Translations under genes and position numbers: made by a program
Source: Lytechinus pictus
Lineage: Eukaryota
Assembly: GCF_037042905.1 (NCBI RefSeq)
Contig: NC_087252.1
Coordinates: 7,690,001-7,754,000 of the forward strand
Direction of reading: 5' to 3'
DNA length: 64,000 nt
The notes under the pieces: generated by a model
Databases searched by the model: none
What the model was told of the DNA's origin: nothing
The model's input: the letters and a program-made list of their open reading frames with translations, nothing else
Part shown: positions 51,514 through 64,000 of the stretch, in pieces
Layout of the letters: each line of letters starts with the position of its first letter
How positions within the stretch are numbered: position 1 is the first letter of the stretch

Positions 51514-52239
51514 GAAATACACAGTCAAAAAGTGATAAACAGCTAGGCCTATTCATGAAAAAATCAGACTCTTAAAATGGTGGAAAAAATAATGAATTTC
51601 GATTTTCGGCATTTCAAAATCTCATCAAAATCCTCAAATCGTGTGTATAGTGATTGGTGCGCAGACACGAGGCGCTGGCCACTATCATAATGTTAAATCT
51701 GAAATTGAAAATCATAACTGGCCGAGTCTCAGATTTTTTCCAAGACCAAGAAAATCGGTTTCACATTCGATCACATATCTCTCTCATTTACTTATAACAA
51801 TATATGGAACAATATCAACTGAAAGATTTTGTGAAATAAAAAGAAATTCATGTTAAATCTTAACACAAATCGTAAGGTCAATATGATGTATGTGCGCAGA
51901 CTTGCACCGGCATGGCAGCCACACATCCACGCCCGGCTAGTCGCGGCCGGCAGGCAGCGCTGAGGGGCAGTAACAGGATGTCCTGACGAACTCTAACGTT
52001 ACAGCTAGCCCCGCAGCTAGCTGCGAGCCGCGCCATTTAACAAACTACGAAAAGAAAATCATAGAAAATTGTTAACTTACCTGTAGAGCCTACTGCGAAT
52101 GTCTTAGCTTTCAAGTCATTGTCCAAATCTGGTCCGTGTGATTTCAGTGGTTGAATTATTATTAAAACGGCCTTCTTTACCCTTCTTTATCGCACTAGCA
52201 CTCGATAAAATTAAAAGTGCGGTGCAAATTAACGGCGAG

Positions 52240-52375
52240 GCGAAGATGGCTCTTTCAAATTCAAATTAGATTGGCGGTTTGCGTTTGTTTGGCGGCGCTG
52301 GTTAATTTGCATAATTATACGGACGATAGCGATCAGTGGCACTCAGTGCGCATGCGCAGGCCCGCCCGCGCCCGG
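52240..52375 (-). promoter_or_regulatory. Promoter-like motif cluster inside the 8.1-kb element
   Basis: NRF1 palindrome TGCGCATGCGCA at 52347-52358, GC box at about 52360-52372, octamer ATTTGCAT at 52305-52312, CCAAT at 52270-52274, YY1-like AAGATGGC at 52243-52250; donor CAG|GTAAGT at 52081/52080. Confidence 0.6.
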
Positions 52376-54521
52376 TGATTGAAGGAAGATCTGCTGAGTC
52401 AGGAATAACGAAGGGGGGGGGGGGGGGTCTAAAGCAAGAAAGAAGTTTTAAAATAGAAATACGAACTTCTTAATTAACATACAAATTTCTTCTTGTTTGG
52501 TTTTGGTTGGCAACCAGTCAAGAAATGACGATTTTTGCCTCTGCTTTTGGAGCTTTTTTTTTTTCTTTGAAAGTTTAAGAATGAATTAGCTTAATATTTG
52601 TTCTTTATTTCTATTTTATTTATTTTCTTTTTATTTGAAAGATAAAGATAGCCTTGCTTAACATGGCAAGGTTGTAAACTAGCAATAAATATGCGCGTTA
52701 TAAATAGAAAAAAATAGCAATTCTATTCACCTTCAAAAATATTTTTAAAATATCAGTGAGTTAAAAAAAGAAAAATACATTAATTTTTATGTGATTTGTA
52801 AAAATAGTGTAAAATAGTCCTCTTTAACTTAAATTAGAAAAAAGGGATTAAATAGGAAGAAATTTTTTTCTCGCAACAAATATCTAGGATAACAATTTTT
52901 TTAATGTAAACTAGAAAATTTCACTGAGAATAACATGTTTCGATTTAAGTTATATGGTAATATCGAACCACATACTTTAATGAAACTTTTCAAGGTGGAA
53001 ATATTAAAATTAACATAAAGAATAATTAAGTTAGTTATTATGTAGATATTTTTTTCCTCTTATCCTCAATCGAGCTGTGTATAGGATGGATAAATGCATG
53101 GCATTTATTGTGGTAAAAGGCTGAATTACATGAATTTGTACAGAGCAAAATTTCAGTAAACAAATAAGCAACAAAAAAATAACAAAGTATACTAATGTAT
53201 AATATTGGAAAGGGGATACAAAAAGAAAAGTATACAGGGAGGGGGGGAGTAATGTCAAAAGCAGGAACGGGCAAAGGTTGGGAGTAGGCTAAATGTATAT
53301 ACCTTTAACATAATGAACATTTTCACATAAATATATATTTAACCAATGTTGAATGAATAACAATACATGTAGATTAAAGAGTGGATTGTATGAAATAATA
53401 CTTGCTTTTTTTAAGAAAAGTAACGCTTTGTTGATGGTAACAATAATAATAGTTATAGGAAACACATTCATGAATGATAATCATAAAGAATTATCTCAAA
53501 AGGAATTAAAAACAAAGATAAGAGGACTTTGAAGTAATATGATCTGTACAAAAAATATAAATATTAATGTAAAGTGGGTTACAGCTATATTGAGCCAGTG
53601 ACTTGTCGGATAAGAAATTTGAATGATTACTGCAGATATCAACAATTACAAAAATATTTCAAAAGTCAGTTTAAGAGAAGCGACAAATAAAACAACAAAG
53701 GTATGAAAACATAGTTCTTATATAATATATATATATATATATATATAAACTCTGTTGGAAATAAGTACAATGCATTACCACTATGCCTCTAATATACATA
53801 TATATATATGTATATATTATATATGTATATACGGGTTCTTACTAGAATCAACTGGTAAGTCCTATTGGTTCTAACTGGTATCATTTGGTTTGATATTCCA
53901 GTATGGTTAATGGGTTTCAAGTGGGTTATGGGTGGCCTATGGGTTCCAACTGGTATAATCTGTTCCAGTTTGGTTTATGGGTTTTAACTGAAATCAGCTG
54001 GTAGATATATACTGGTAATGCCTATTGGTTCTAACTGGTATCAATTGGTTTGATATTCCAGTATGCATGGTTTCAAGTGGGTTATGGGAGGTCTATGGGT
54101 TCCAACTGGTAAAATATGTCCCAGTTTAATTGATTTATGGGTTTTAACTGGAATCAACTGGTAGTATACCAGTAATGTATGTTGATTTTAACTGGTATCA
54201 ATTGGTTTGATATTCCAGTATGGTTAATGGGTTTCAAGTGGGTTATGGGAGGTCTATGGGTTCCAACTGGTAAAATATGTTCCAGTTTGGTTTATGGGTT
54301 TTAACTGGAATCAACTGGTAGATATGCCAGTAATGCCTATATTGGTTCTAACTGGTATCCATTGGTTTGATATTCCAGTATGGTTAATGGGTTTCAAGTG
54401 GGGTTATGGGAGGTCTATGGGTTCCAACTGGAACACTCTGATCCAGTTTGGTTTATGGGTTTTAACTGGAATCAACTGGTAGGTATACCAGTAATGCATG
54501 TTGGTTCTAACTGGTATCAAT

Positions 54522-54608
54522 AATAGCAGGGCCCGCTGGGAGAACAGTTTTCGGAACTGAAGCGGCTACCCTGGGTAAATATACCGCTATTATTATTATT
54601 ATTATTAT
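54522..54608 (+). mobile_element. Short 3' end of a LINE or SINE with (TAT)n tail; inverted relative at about 46705-46760
   Basis: GGGCCCGCTGGGAGAACAGTTTTCGGAACTGAAGCGGCTACCCTGG plus (TAT)n, flanked by a TATCAAT duplication, interrupting the subterminal array. Confidence 0.7.
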
Positions 54609-57204
54609 TATCAATTGGTTTAATGATATACCAGTATGGTTTATGGGTTTAAGGTGGCATTAACTGGTATATACACCCATTGGGTTTCTATGGGTTCCAA
54701 CTGGCATCAAATGGTCCAGTTTGGCTAATGGGTTTTAAACTGGAATCTATTGGTAGATAAACCAGAAAGGCCTATTGGTTTTAACTGGTATTAACTGGTG
54801 TACTAATTTATACCAGTATAGTTAATTGGTTTCAACTGGAATAAACTTGTATGTTTTCAGCATGTCCAGTTGAGACAATGGGTTTCAACTGGAATATACT
54901 GGCATGGTGGGAGTTTACCAGTTGTGCCAATTGGTTTCAACTGGTACCAGTTGACTCCAGTTGAAACCAGTTAAAATTTCAACTGGTTTCAACTGGTTTT
55001 TTTACCTGGGTTATTATACAAGGACCAAGATGAAAAAAAAAACAGTAATTACAACTCTGATCTTGTGAACCTTTTTAAATATGACTGAATTAATGAATGA
55101 ATAAATCAATAGGTATTGATAAATAGATATTCCATCGAACCTGAGGCAATGCGAACACGAAGCGCGGGCTAATTGTTTTATGCAGTGACATGGTTCCCCC
55201 CCCCCCCCCAAGTCTGAATTACCCTCACCTTATTTTATTCATTCTTCCTCCTTATATTTTTTCTTCTCCCCCCACCCTCTGCTTTTGTTTCCCTTTCTTT
55301 CCCCCTATTATGCACCGGGGGTGGGGGCGCCCCGTTGGCCTCCTGGATCCGCCTATGATACCAGTACGTCTAGGCCTGTATATTATAAGCAATTGATGTT
55401 TATGTAACATCGATTAACCCCCCCCCCCCCCGAAAGTTTCTATTTGTATTTTTCTTTTCAACTTGTTATGGTAGTATATACTAAACAAGTATCACGTTTG
55501 ACTTAGTCCAACTTTGTGACCAAAACTTTAGTACGGTTTTCTCAGTGAAATTGATGATGACGTCTCCTAGGTGCCTCCCCCTTCACCCCACTCCTCCTTG
55601 GTCCTCTGGGCTTGGCGAATAAAATTGCGTACGTATCATGGAGAGATATATCGAGGACATACAGCTAGGCGGAATTATTTGGGGAAGGGGTCTTCCATTT
55701 ATTTGTTATTCCGAAGTTCCGATGATGGTTCAGCGAATGTGCTCTATGCAAAATCACGTTTTGGCACGACTTCTAAGCGCTGGGCATGTCAACGGACAAT
55801 AACAAAATAAATGCAAACATGTAATGGATCGAAATGGTAAAAAATATATATTATAAAGAAAACCATCGTTATCAAAATTTGATGCAGTCAAACCAACATG
55901 TTTTGTTAATACCAGTTTCAACTTACATTAAAAATTTTAACCCAAGGCCATATTAGCACCGGGGGGGGGGGGGGGGGAGGGGGGGGGGCAGAGAGCACTT
56001 GCACCCTCCAAAAAAAAATCCCAGTAGGAAAAAAATCTTTTTTTTTCAAAATGGAAAGTGCCCTTCTTTCAAATTATGTGTGCCCCTTTTCAAAATAAAA
56101 TACCTTTTTTGAAGTCAAACAATACATTTTAGGTTAGAAAATCACAAAAATTTTGGCTCGCGCTTCGCACTCACATCATTTTGAAAGAAGGGCACTTTCC
56201 ATTTTTTCCCTACTGGGATTTTTTTTGGGAGAGGGGTGCAAGTGTTTTGGTTACAACTTCTGCTTACAATGTTCAATTTTCAAGTTTGAATATCACAAAT
56301 TTTCAGCTCGCGCTTTCCGCTTGCATCAATTATTGTTTATTCTTGGTTTCAAAACTTAGAATGTCCATCAGGTTGAAATATCACAAATTTTCGGCTCGCG
56401 CTCGCATCAATTATTATTTATTGGTTTCAAAAAGTGCTTAGATTGTCCAGTTTTCAGGTTGGAATATCACACTCGCGTCCATTATTCAGTTACATACACA
56501 TCTTTTTCATGACAACAAAAACAATTGCTCGGAATGCTTGATTTTCAGGTCTTATTAGTACATGCAATGTCCAAAATTTTGAGCCCGCGATTTGCGCTCA
56601 CAACATCTCGCAAGGATGCTCTTTTAACAATAATTTGCGCGGTAATAATTGACCAAAAAGCGAGTTTCACAACTTCAGATTTGAAAATGTTTCCAACCGC
56701 TTGCTTGCTACGCTCGCTCCCGGAAAAATAAAGCCTGATTACATATTTAATCAATCAGAAAAGACTTCAAAAAGGCTTTGCTCAACTTAATTAGTATAAA
56801 ACGCACAACTACTTAACGCAGATAATAATCTCATGGTGAAAATTTCAATTGCATAAAAAACACATATTAATGCCCTCTTTTGCCCCCCAAATGAAAATAC
56901 GTTCCGCCGCCCCTGATTATCACCCATCGCACTTGCTGGTATTTTTATTTATCGTCATTCCCCCCTCTCAAAGAAAAAACTTTTACTTCTGCCCTTTATT
57001 TAGCCTGCAATGGAACTTGCAGGAAATTTTATTTAAACGCGAGCATATCAAACAGGATGCAAACGGAGGTCTATTCAGCCGGGCATTATTTATACGCTTT
57101 GGATTCTTGTTTGCCTAGAAAATGTAAAATATTTCAAGAGTTCTTATATTTGCATTACATCTTTGTCCTTATTTCTCTAATCCGTAGCTCCACCATGCGC
57201 TTAT

Positions 57205-59591
57205 TCGAGGGCCCTCGGGGCACGCCCCCCCCCCCCGGGTAGGCGAAAAAGGGGCGCCAAAAATAGGGAGAAAAGGGGAGAAAAAATGAGGGAAAGAACA
57301 ATAGAAAGAGAAAAGGGGGAAAGAAAGAGAGGAGGAAAACAAAAGAGGGAAAGGGGAGCGCCGAATTGATGTTCGCCCTAGGGAGGGGGGTGCCCAATTG
57401 ATAATCGACCTATAGGGGCGCCGAATTTAAGTCCAACATAGATAGGGGAGCCGAATTGATGTTCGACATTGGGGGCATCGACTTGATGTCCGAATTAGGG
57501 AGGCGCCGAATTGATGTTCGACCTAGGGGGTGCCAATTGATGTTCAGCCTAGGTGGGGGGGGGGGGGGCGAATTAATGTTTTACCTCGGGGCGCCGTATA
57601 GATGTTCCACATAGGAGGAGCTGCATTGAAGTTCGGCATAGGGGCACCGAGGGGGCGCCGAATTGATGTTCAAACTAGGGGCTGGGGCGCCGAATCGATA
57701 TTTTCCATAGTGTTGCCGAATAGATGTTTGACATAGGGGGGCACCGAATTGATGTTCAACATAGGGGGTGGCAAATTGATGTTCAACCTAGGTGGAGGGG
57801 GAGGGGGGCGAATTAATGTTTTACCTCAGGGCGCCGTATAAATGTTCGACATAAGAGGGGGCTGCATTGAAATTCGACATAGGGGCACCGAGGGGGCGCC
57901 GAATTGATGTTCAACCTAGGGGGTGCCTAATGGATGTTCACCACACGAGGGCGCCTATTTTATGTTTGTCCCGGTGCGCCAAATTCAGGTTCAATTAACC
58001 AAGGGAGGGGGTGGGCGCCAAATTCATGTTTGCTCGCATCAAATACTCATCCTGTTCATGATTACCAAAAGTGCCTATAATTTTAGATCAGAATACAAAA
58101 AAAAATCATCCTACTCTACGTTCTCGCATTAATTGTTTAGTAAGGTGACGATCCTGTTCATGGTTAGATAAGTGCTTAGAATGTCCGACTTTGGATCGAA
58201 ATATAAAAAAAAAATCAGCTTGCGCTTCACGCTCGCATAAACTGTTTTGTTAGTGCTCATCTTGTTCATGATAATCGAAAATGCTTACTCGAATGTCCAA
58301 ATATTAGGTAAGAATATGACAAATTTTCATCTCGCTCTTTGCGCTCGCATCAATATTGTTTAGTTAGATGACAATCCTGTTCATGATTACCAAAAGTGCT
58401 TAGTCAATGTCAAAATTATAGGCCAGAATATCAATAACTTTTTAAGCTCGCGCTCCGCACTCGCACAATTGTTTAAATAGATACCCATCCTTTCCATTGC
58501 TATAAAATATGCTTAGAATTTCCAGTTTTGGGTCGGAATACCAAAAATTTTACGCTCGCGCCTCACGCTCGCATTAAATGATTTGTTAGATACCCATCCT
58601 TTTCATGATTACCCAATAATGCTTAGAATGTCCAAATTTTAGGTCAGAATATCAAAAAAATTTAACGCACGCTTCGCGCTCGCATTAATTATTTAGCTAG
58701 ATACCTATCCTGTTCATGGTTATAAAAAGTGCTTATCATGTCCAGTGTTGGGTTGGAAATTCAAAAATTGTCAGCTCGCACTTCGCGATCGCATAAAATG
58801 TTGACAGATACCCACCCTGTTCTTGATTACCAAAAGTGCTCATAGATTTATCCAAATTTTAGGTAAGAATATGAAAAATTTTCATCTCGCTCTTTGCGCT
58901 CGCATCAATATTGTTTAGTTAGATGACAATCCTGTTCATGATTACCAAAAGTGCTTTCTCAATGTCAAAATTTTAGTTCAGAATATCAATCACTTTTAAG
59001 CTCGCGCCTCGCGCTCGCACAAACAATTGTTTAAATAGATACCCATCCTTTCCATGATTACAAATTAGAATGTCCAGTTTTGTGTTGGAATATCAAAAAA
59101 ATTAAGCTCGCGCCTCGCGCTCGTATTAAATGATTTGTTAGATACCCATCCTGTTCATGATTACCCAATAGTGCTTAGAATGTCCAAATTTTATGTCAGA
59201 AAATCAAAAATTTTCAACTCGCGCTTCGCGCTCGCATTAATTATTTAATTAGATACCCATCCTGTTCATGATTATAAAACACATGTGAAAAGTACTTATA
59301 ATGTCCAGTGTTGGGTTGGAAATTCAAAAATTGTCAGCTTCCACTTCGCGATCGCATAAAATGTTGAAAGATACCCACCCTGTTCTTGATTACCAAAAGT
59401 GCTCATAGATTTTTCCAAATTCTAGGTAAGAATATGAACAATTTTCATATCGCTCTTTTCGCTCGCATCAATATTGTTTAGATAATACATATACCCATCA
59501 TGTTCACGGTTGCAATAAAAGTCAGAATGTTCGATCGGAAAAGAGATGAAAATATCCCCTCCCCTATTGGCGAAAGCTGGATCCGCCCCCG
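57205..59591. repeat. hAT-like element filled with a roughly 27-bp minisatellite (57355-58030) and a roughly 111-bp satellite (58030-59510)
   Basis: GGGGCGCCGAATTGATGTTCGACCTA units, then GCTCGCGCTTCGCGCTCGCA units; right end CTGGATCCGCCCCCG. Confidence 0.8.
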
Positions 59592-62442
59592 GTTAAGAAA
59601 TTACAGCTCCCGCACATAATTTTAGTATGGTCTACCACTCTGATGAGAAGTTGAACTAAATTGAAACCCAAAAATGTTTAAAATTCTGTGCTTTCTGGTC
59701 GCATTTATTTTTTTCAAAAGGTGGTTAAAACATATTCATGGATGGTTTTTTTCATGAACACATTAAAAAGTGGTCTTCGATGCCTTTTTCACGTGATTAT
59801 GAAATACGATAATTCAAACTGCATTTAAGGCACCTATGATAGCCGTGCTGGGCGGGTCGGGGTGCCATTTTCCGAAAAGTTCACAGGGGCGCCAAAATAG
59901 TCGGGCTCAATCATGGATCCTGGATACGGGCATGTCCGTTGGGCATCGTTTCCAACATTGTACCTCCTTATCTATACCGGCGTGATACTAGGCGCTAGTC
60001 CACTGATCGGATCGGTTTACTTCCATTTCGTCTGATGCCAACTCGTCTACTATCATTATTTGGTCTACCATCAGTTCGTTCATTATCCACAGCATTCCGT
60101 CTAATAACCATCTGATCCAATAGTCATTTAGTCCATATACAATTTGGTTATTGGACGTGTTATTGTGCAAAATGAATGAAAATGAATTGGATACTGGACT
60201 AACTGGACCAAATGGTTGTTCGATGAAATGTTGATGGACGGATTGGCATTGCATGGACTAAATGAATGTAGACCATGTGGTGAATGGATGAGTTGGCAGT
60301 TGACGAATTGGCAATTTACCAATGGACCTACTAGTACTAGGCCACTGAATTGAACTTGTCATGTGCCATAACACCTAAACTGCTTCCTTATATCCGATAC
60401 CCCCTCCATCCTTAGCTCGGCCGCCCCAATAAAGGGAAGGGGGAGAGAGAAGAAAGGAAGAAAGAAATAGATTGTTGAAAGGGAATCAAAAGAACGATCA
60501 AAAGGGAATTTGAACGCAACATAATATTATACTCTGTTATTGTTTGAATCGTTTCTCTCTCATGAAATTTATATTTTGAATATATATCGTTTCAGTCATT
60601 CTCATTATTTTACTGCATAGCGAATTACAAAACGTCCTATCCTCGTTTCCGCTAACCACACATGACATTATTTATCATTTTATTATCATCATGCAATGAA
60701 ATTCATACTGTTTTTACACGCTGCGTCGGCTGCCACTTGACTACCTTGTAAATATTTTTCTGATGATATTCAGTTGAAATCAGTGGCGTTCAAAATAAGG
60801 CGTGGGGCTGTATGGATTCCCAAATTTGTCACGGCCAAGAAAAAAAAGGAAAGAGAGAAGGGAAACTATTATCTGAATATCATGTCAAAATCTATCATAG
60901 ATTACAACAACAAAAAATCAAGATTTGTGCCCTATATGTATATCTGGCCCCTTCATTTGTTATGTTCATTATTTACGCCACTGGTTAAAATTAAATTCAA
61001 CTTAAAACATTTTCCCTTTATATCATTGCATTATACATTCATGAATAGTGAAAGCATGTTCATAACATCTTTCTGTATTTTTCGCTGTTTATACAATTCC
61101 TAACCTTAGGTTGTGTGTAATCCTTATGTTCGCATTCTCAATGTTATTTTTCTCTTTATTTCAATATTATTCTCACAAACTTTATTATGGTATGCCTATT
61201 CAAGAAAGTATTACTTGTTTGCTTGCCCCATGACAGCTTTGCCTTCACTTTTGCAGATCGGAGTGTCTCTCAGTCAGTATTCAGAGCTATTACTGTATTC
61301 TCCTTGACCCCTCCCCCCCTGTGAGTTGTAAAACACACATAAAGGCAAAATATTATATTTTTATCGGCAACATATTTGCATCACATCACCATAAATTAAA
61401 TACATCAGAATAGGCGTATACCCATTGAACCTCGCCAGAATGGGCTTGCCCAAAAATTTCAAACACAAATTTATTTTTTTCCCCGAAAGTCATCACCGCT
61501 TGGAAGTAGGCGACTTTCTCGCCCCAAAATATTCTTATTCCTACAATAGTGCAATCCGTCACGAACACCATGCACGATTGGCCTTTCATAACTGATCTCC
61601 AAAATAGTTGAACCATATTCCAACACTTTCTACGATCAATACGATCGCCTTGACTGATCTGATACTTGCTGATACGATTAATTATTCCGCGATTATATGC
61701 CTCTTGGAAGCGGGGGGGGGGGGGGGGAGCTGGGGATGCGGCATGTATTATTTTCCATGGGCAGCACCCCCTGGAATTCTGATAGGTGTCAAATTTGAGA
61801 AATGTATGGAATGACCAACGATGTTTTTCTTTTGCTTTGTCAAATTATTTTCTGCAGGTAACCCCACCAAAAAAAAATCGTGACAGTGTGAACTGAGCAC
61901 ATTTTTTTTCAATCATCAAAAATGATTATTATATTATTTTCCCCATGAGTTGTGAAATTTTGACACGCCGGGATCTCCTTGGTCCCAATCCCAATATGAA
62001 GAATACATTTCCTCGGCTATAAAACAACAGTTATCATTCGTTTTTCCTATATTTATAGCAGGAAAATGGGAGTCCCAATTCCCGGTTCCACTTTCATTGC
62101 TAAGTAAGTCTACGTTATGCCAATCAAGATGTGAGTGATGTCTTTGTCCTGCTCACGTCGCCACGCACCACAGTCATTCACATTTTTTCAACAGTTTAAC
62201 TGCTCGTGCCATGGACCTATTACGAATAGGTCCATGCTCGTGCACACACTGTATGCGTGTATCCCGGAGGCCTATCTTCCTCTCATTTGTTGCAATAAAA
62301 GTTCATCTTTCCATCTATTTTTAATTGTTTATTGTTTATTTAATAAGGGGTAGCCCATTCAACAACAGCTCCCATGGGGCGCCCCTATCTATTATTCGTC
62401 ATTGGTATCCATTTGTCTTTGTCCATCCATTCATATGATTCT

Positions 62443-63172
62443 AGGACATCTACCCCCTGGACATCCACCCCCCGGACATCTACCACCCGGACATCCACCC
62501 CCCGGACATCCACCCCCTTAGGACAAGTACCCCCTAGGACAAGTACCCCCTAGGACATCTACCCCCCGGACATCTACCACCCGGACATTTACCCCCCGGA
62601 CATCTACCCCCCTGACATCTACCCCTTGGACATTTACCCCCCGTATCCAAAATATCCGTGAGTAGATGCCCGGGGGTAGCCTGTCTGGGGGGGGGGGTAA
62701 ATATCCAGGGGGTAAATGTCCGGGGGGTAGATGTCCGGGGGGGGGGGGGTAAATGTCCGGGGGGTAGATGTCCGGGGGGTAAATGTCCGGGGGGTAGATG
62801 TCCGGGGGGTAGATGTCCGGGGGGTAGATGTCCGGGGGGTTATTGTCCGGGGGGTAGATGTCCGGGGGTAGATGTCCGGGGGGTAGATGTCCGGGGGGTA
62901 CTTGTCCGGGGGGTAGATGTCCGGGGGGTAGATGTCCGGGGGGGTAGATGTCCGGGGGGTAGATGTCCGGGGGGTAGATGTCCGGGGGTAGATGTCCGGG
63001 GGGTAGATGTCCGGGGGGTACTTGTCCGGGGGGTAGATGTCCGGGGGGTAGATGTCCTAGGGGGTACTTGTCCTAGGGGGTAGATGTCCTAAGGGGGTGG
63101 ATGTCCGGGGGGTGGATGTCCGGTTGGTGGATGTCCGGGGGGTGGATGTCCAGGGGGTAGATGTCCGGATAC
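62443..63172. repeat. Inverted arrays of a 15-bp minisatellite (GGACATCTACCCCCC / GGGGGGTAGATGTCC)
   Basis: Left array at about 62443-62641 and right array at about 62658-63166, in opposite orientation. Confidence 0.9.
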
Positions 63173-64000
63173 GCATTCATATATATGCCTATTCATCCAT
63201 CTATTCATTCTTTCAGTCATCCATCCATCCATCCACTGATGGATTGATTAGGCCTATAGGCTACCCCCACCCTCCCCATACTGGAGAAATACTCTGCGAT
63301 CCATTCTCTGGAAATCCTTATTGATACACGTTTCAAAGCAGACGTAAATTACTATCCCCTCGGACGTTGCTTCTCCAAGTTTGCTTAGTCTTCTTTCACG
63401 TACTTCGTTGCCCTGTTTCAAACGGCATGACTTGTAAAGTTCTGTTGTAAAACATGCCGGTCGGCCCCCGGGGTCGGCTTAGTCTGCTGGGCAAACCCTT
63501 CACTCGAGATAAGGGTCTGAATGTGCAGCCTACTCATGCCTTGTGTACTGAAGGCTCTCTCGCTCAGGGTCTGCTTCATCTTTGGAAGTTGGGCACAAAT
63601 TTTGCTATGTCAATCATTGTGAGTTTGTTACCATGACATTCCCTCTCTGAACTCTCCTCCCACTAGCTGGTCATTTGGGCCAGTCACCTGCTGGGCAGGA
63701 GATCAACTGGTGTTTGTTTAATTACACGCTGCATCGCACTTATACTCCTGATTGAAACTCCAGTCTAGCATTATGCAATAGCATAGTGGCATACATATAT
63801 GGCAAATGTCTTGCCATGGTCCCTGACTCCCTGATAAATACATGTTGCTTTCTCTCTTTTTGAATCCTGATAGTTTTTTTAATTGTGCATGTTGGTATGT
63901 TTATTCTTTTGGATCACACAGTGTTTTTTTTTAAACAAAAGCCCTTTTCGTTGCTTATAATTAACACTGTACAGCAAAGTTTTATCAAACAAAAATAATC

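Larger units (their letters stand above)
46932..55010. mobile_element. 8.1-kb non-autonomous EnSpm/CACTA-like element with subterminal AACTGG/CCAGTT arrays
   Basis: Ends CCCAGGTCAAAAAACCAGTT and AACTGGTTTTTTTACCTGGG, with TT on both sides (2-bp TSD); repeat arrays at about 46945-47555 and 53833-55000; no transposase ORF. Confidence 0.78.

Noticed and set aside
59638..59672. Possible hammerhead ribozyme core (CTGATGAG...GAAAC)
   Set aside because: Stem II does not close properly and I see no convincing stems I and III
62658..63324. ORFs with GGRCP and GVDVR repeats
   Set aside because: These are translations of a stop-free 15-bp minisatellite with frame-shifting G-run variation, not a gene
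63290..63710. GC-richer segment that looks coding-like
   Set aside because: It contains only short ORFs (60 aa or less) with no recognisable motif; it may be an LTR or other repeat but cannot be supported

Overview
AT-rich, intron-containing animal DNA, not prokaryotic. The repeat families suggest an echinoderm, probably a sea urchin (inference). Three host genes can be assembled by hand with phase-consistent GT-AG junctions. (1) A 3-exon Bsx-like NK-class homeobox gene on the minus strand (CDS 13028->6549, about 361 aa). (2) A divergently transcribed 7-exon gene on the plus strand (19528->31973, about 331 aa) for a secreted protein with three Ig domains and a probable GPI anchor; it includes a 15-nt microexon. 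(3) A 1086-aa, 24-finger C2H2 zinc-finger gene on the minus strand with one coding exon and a probable non-coding first exon near 44.2 kb. The rest is transposon-derived: TTAA-flanked Kolobok-type MITEs, CACTA-type MITEs, hAT-like elements carrying satellites, a decayed CR1/L2-type LINE, a tRNA-derived SINE, a 3.65-kb foldback palindrome, and an 8.1-kb CCCAG-ended EnSpm-like element with an internal promoter and splice sites. The most unusual signal is a dispersed family of 18-40-bp CATGG/CAAGG/CATAG-ended inserts, mostly palindromic and flanked by 7-bp target-site duplications, plus a 742-bp element with the same ends. These look like P-element-type excision footprints or ultra-short mobile units. 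All calls were made by eye; no database searches were run.
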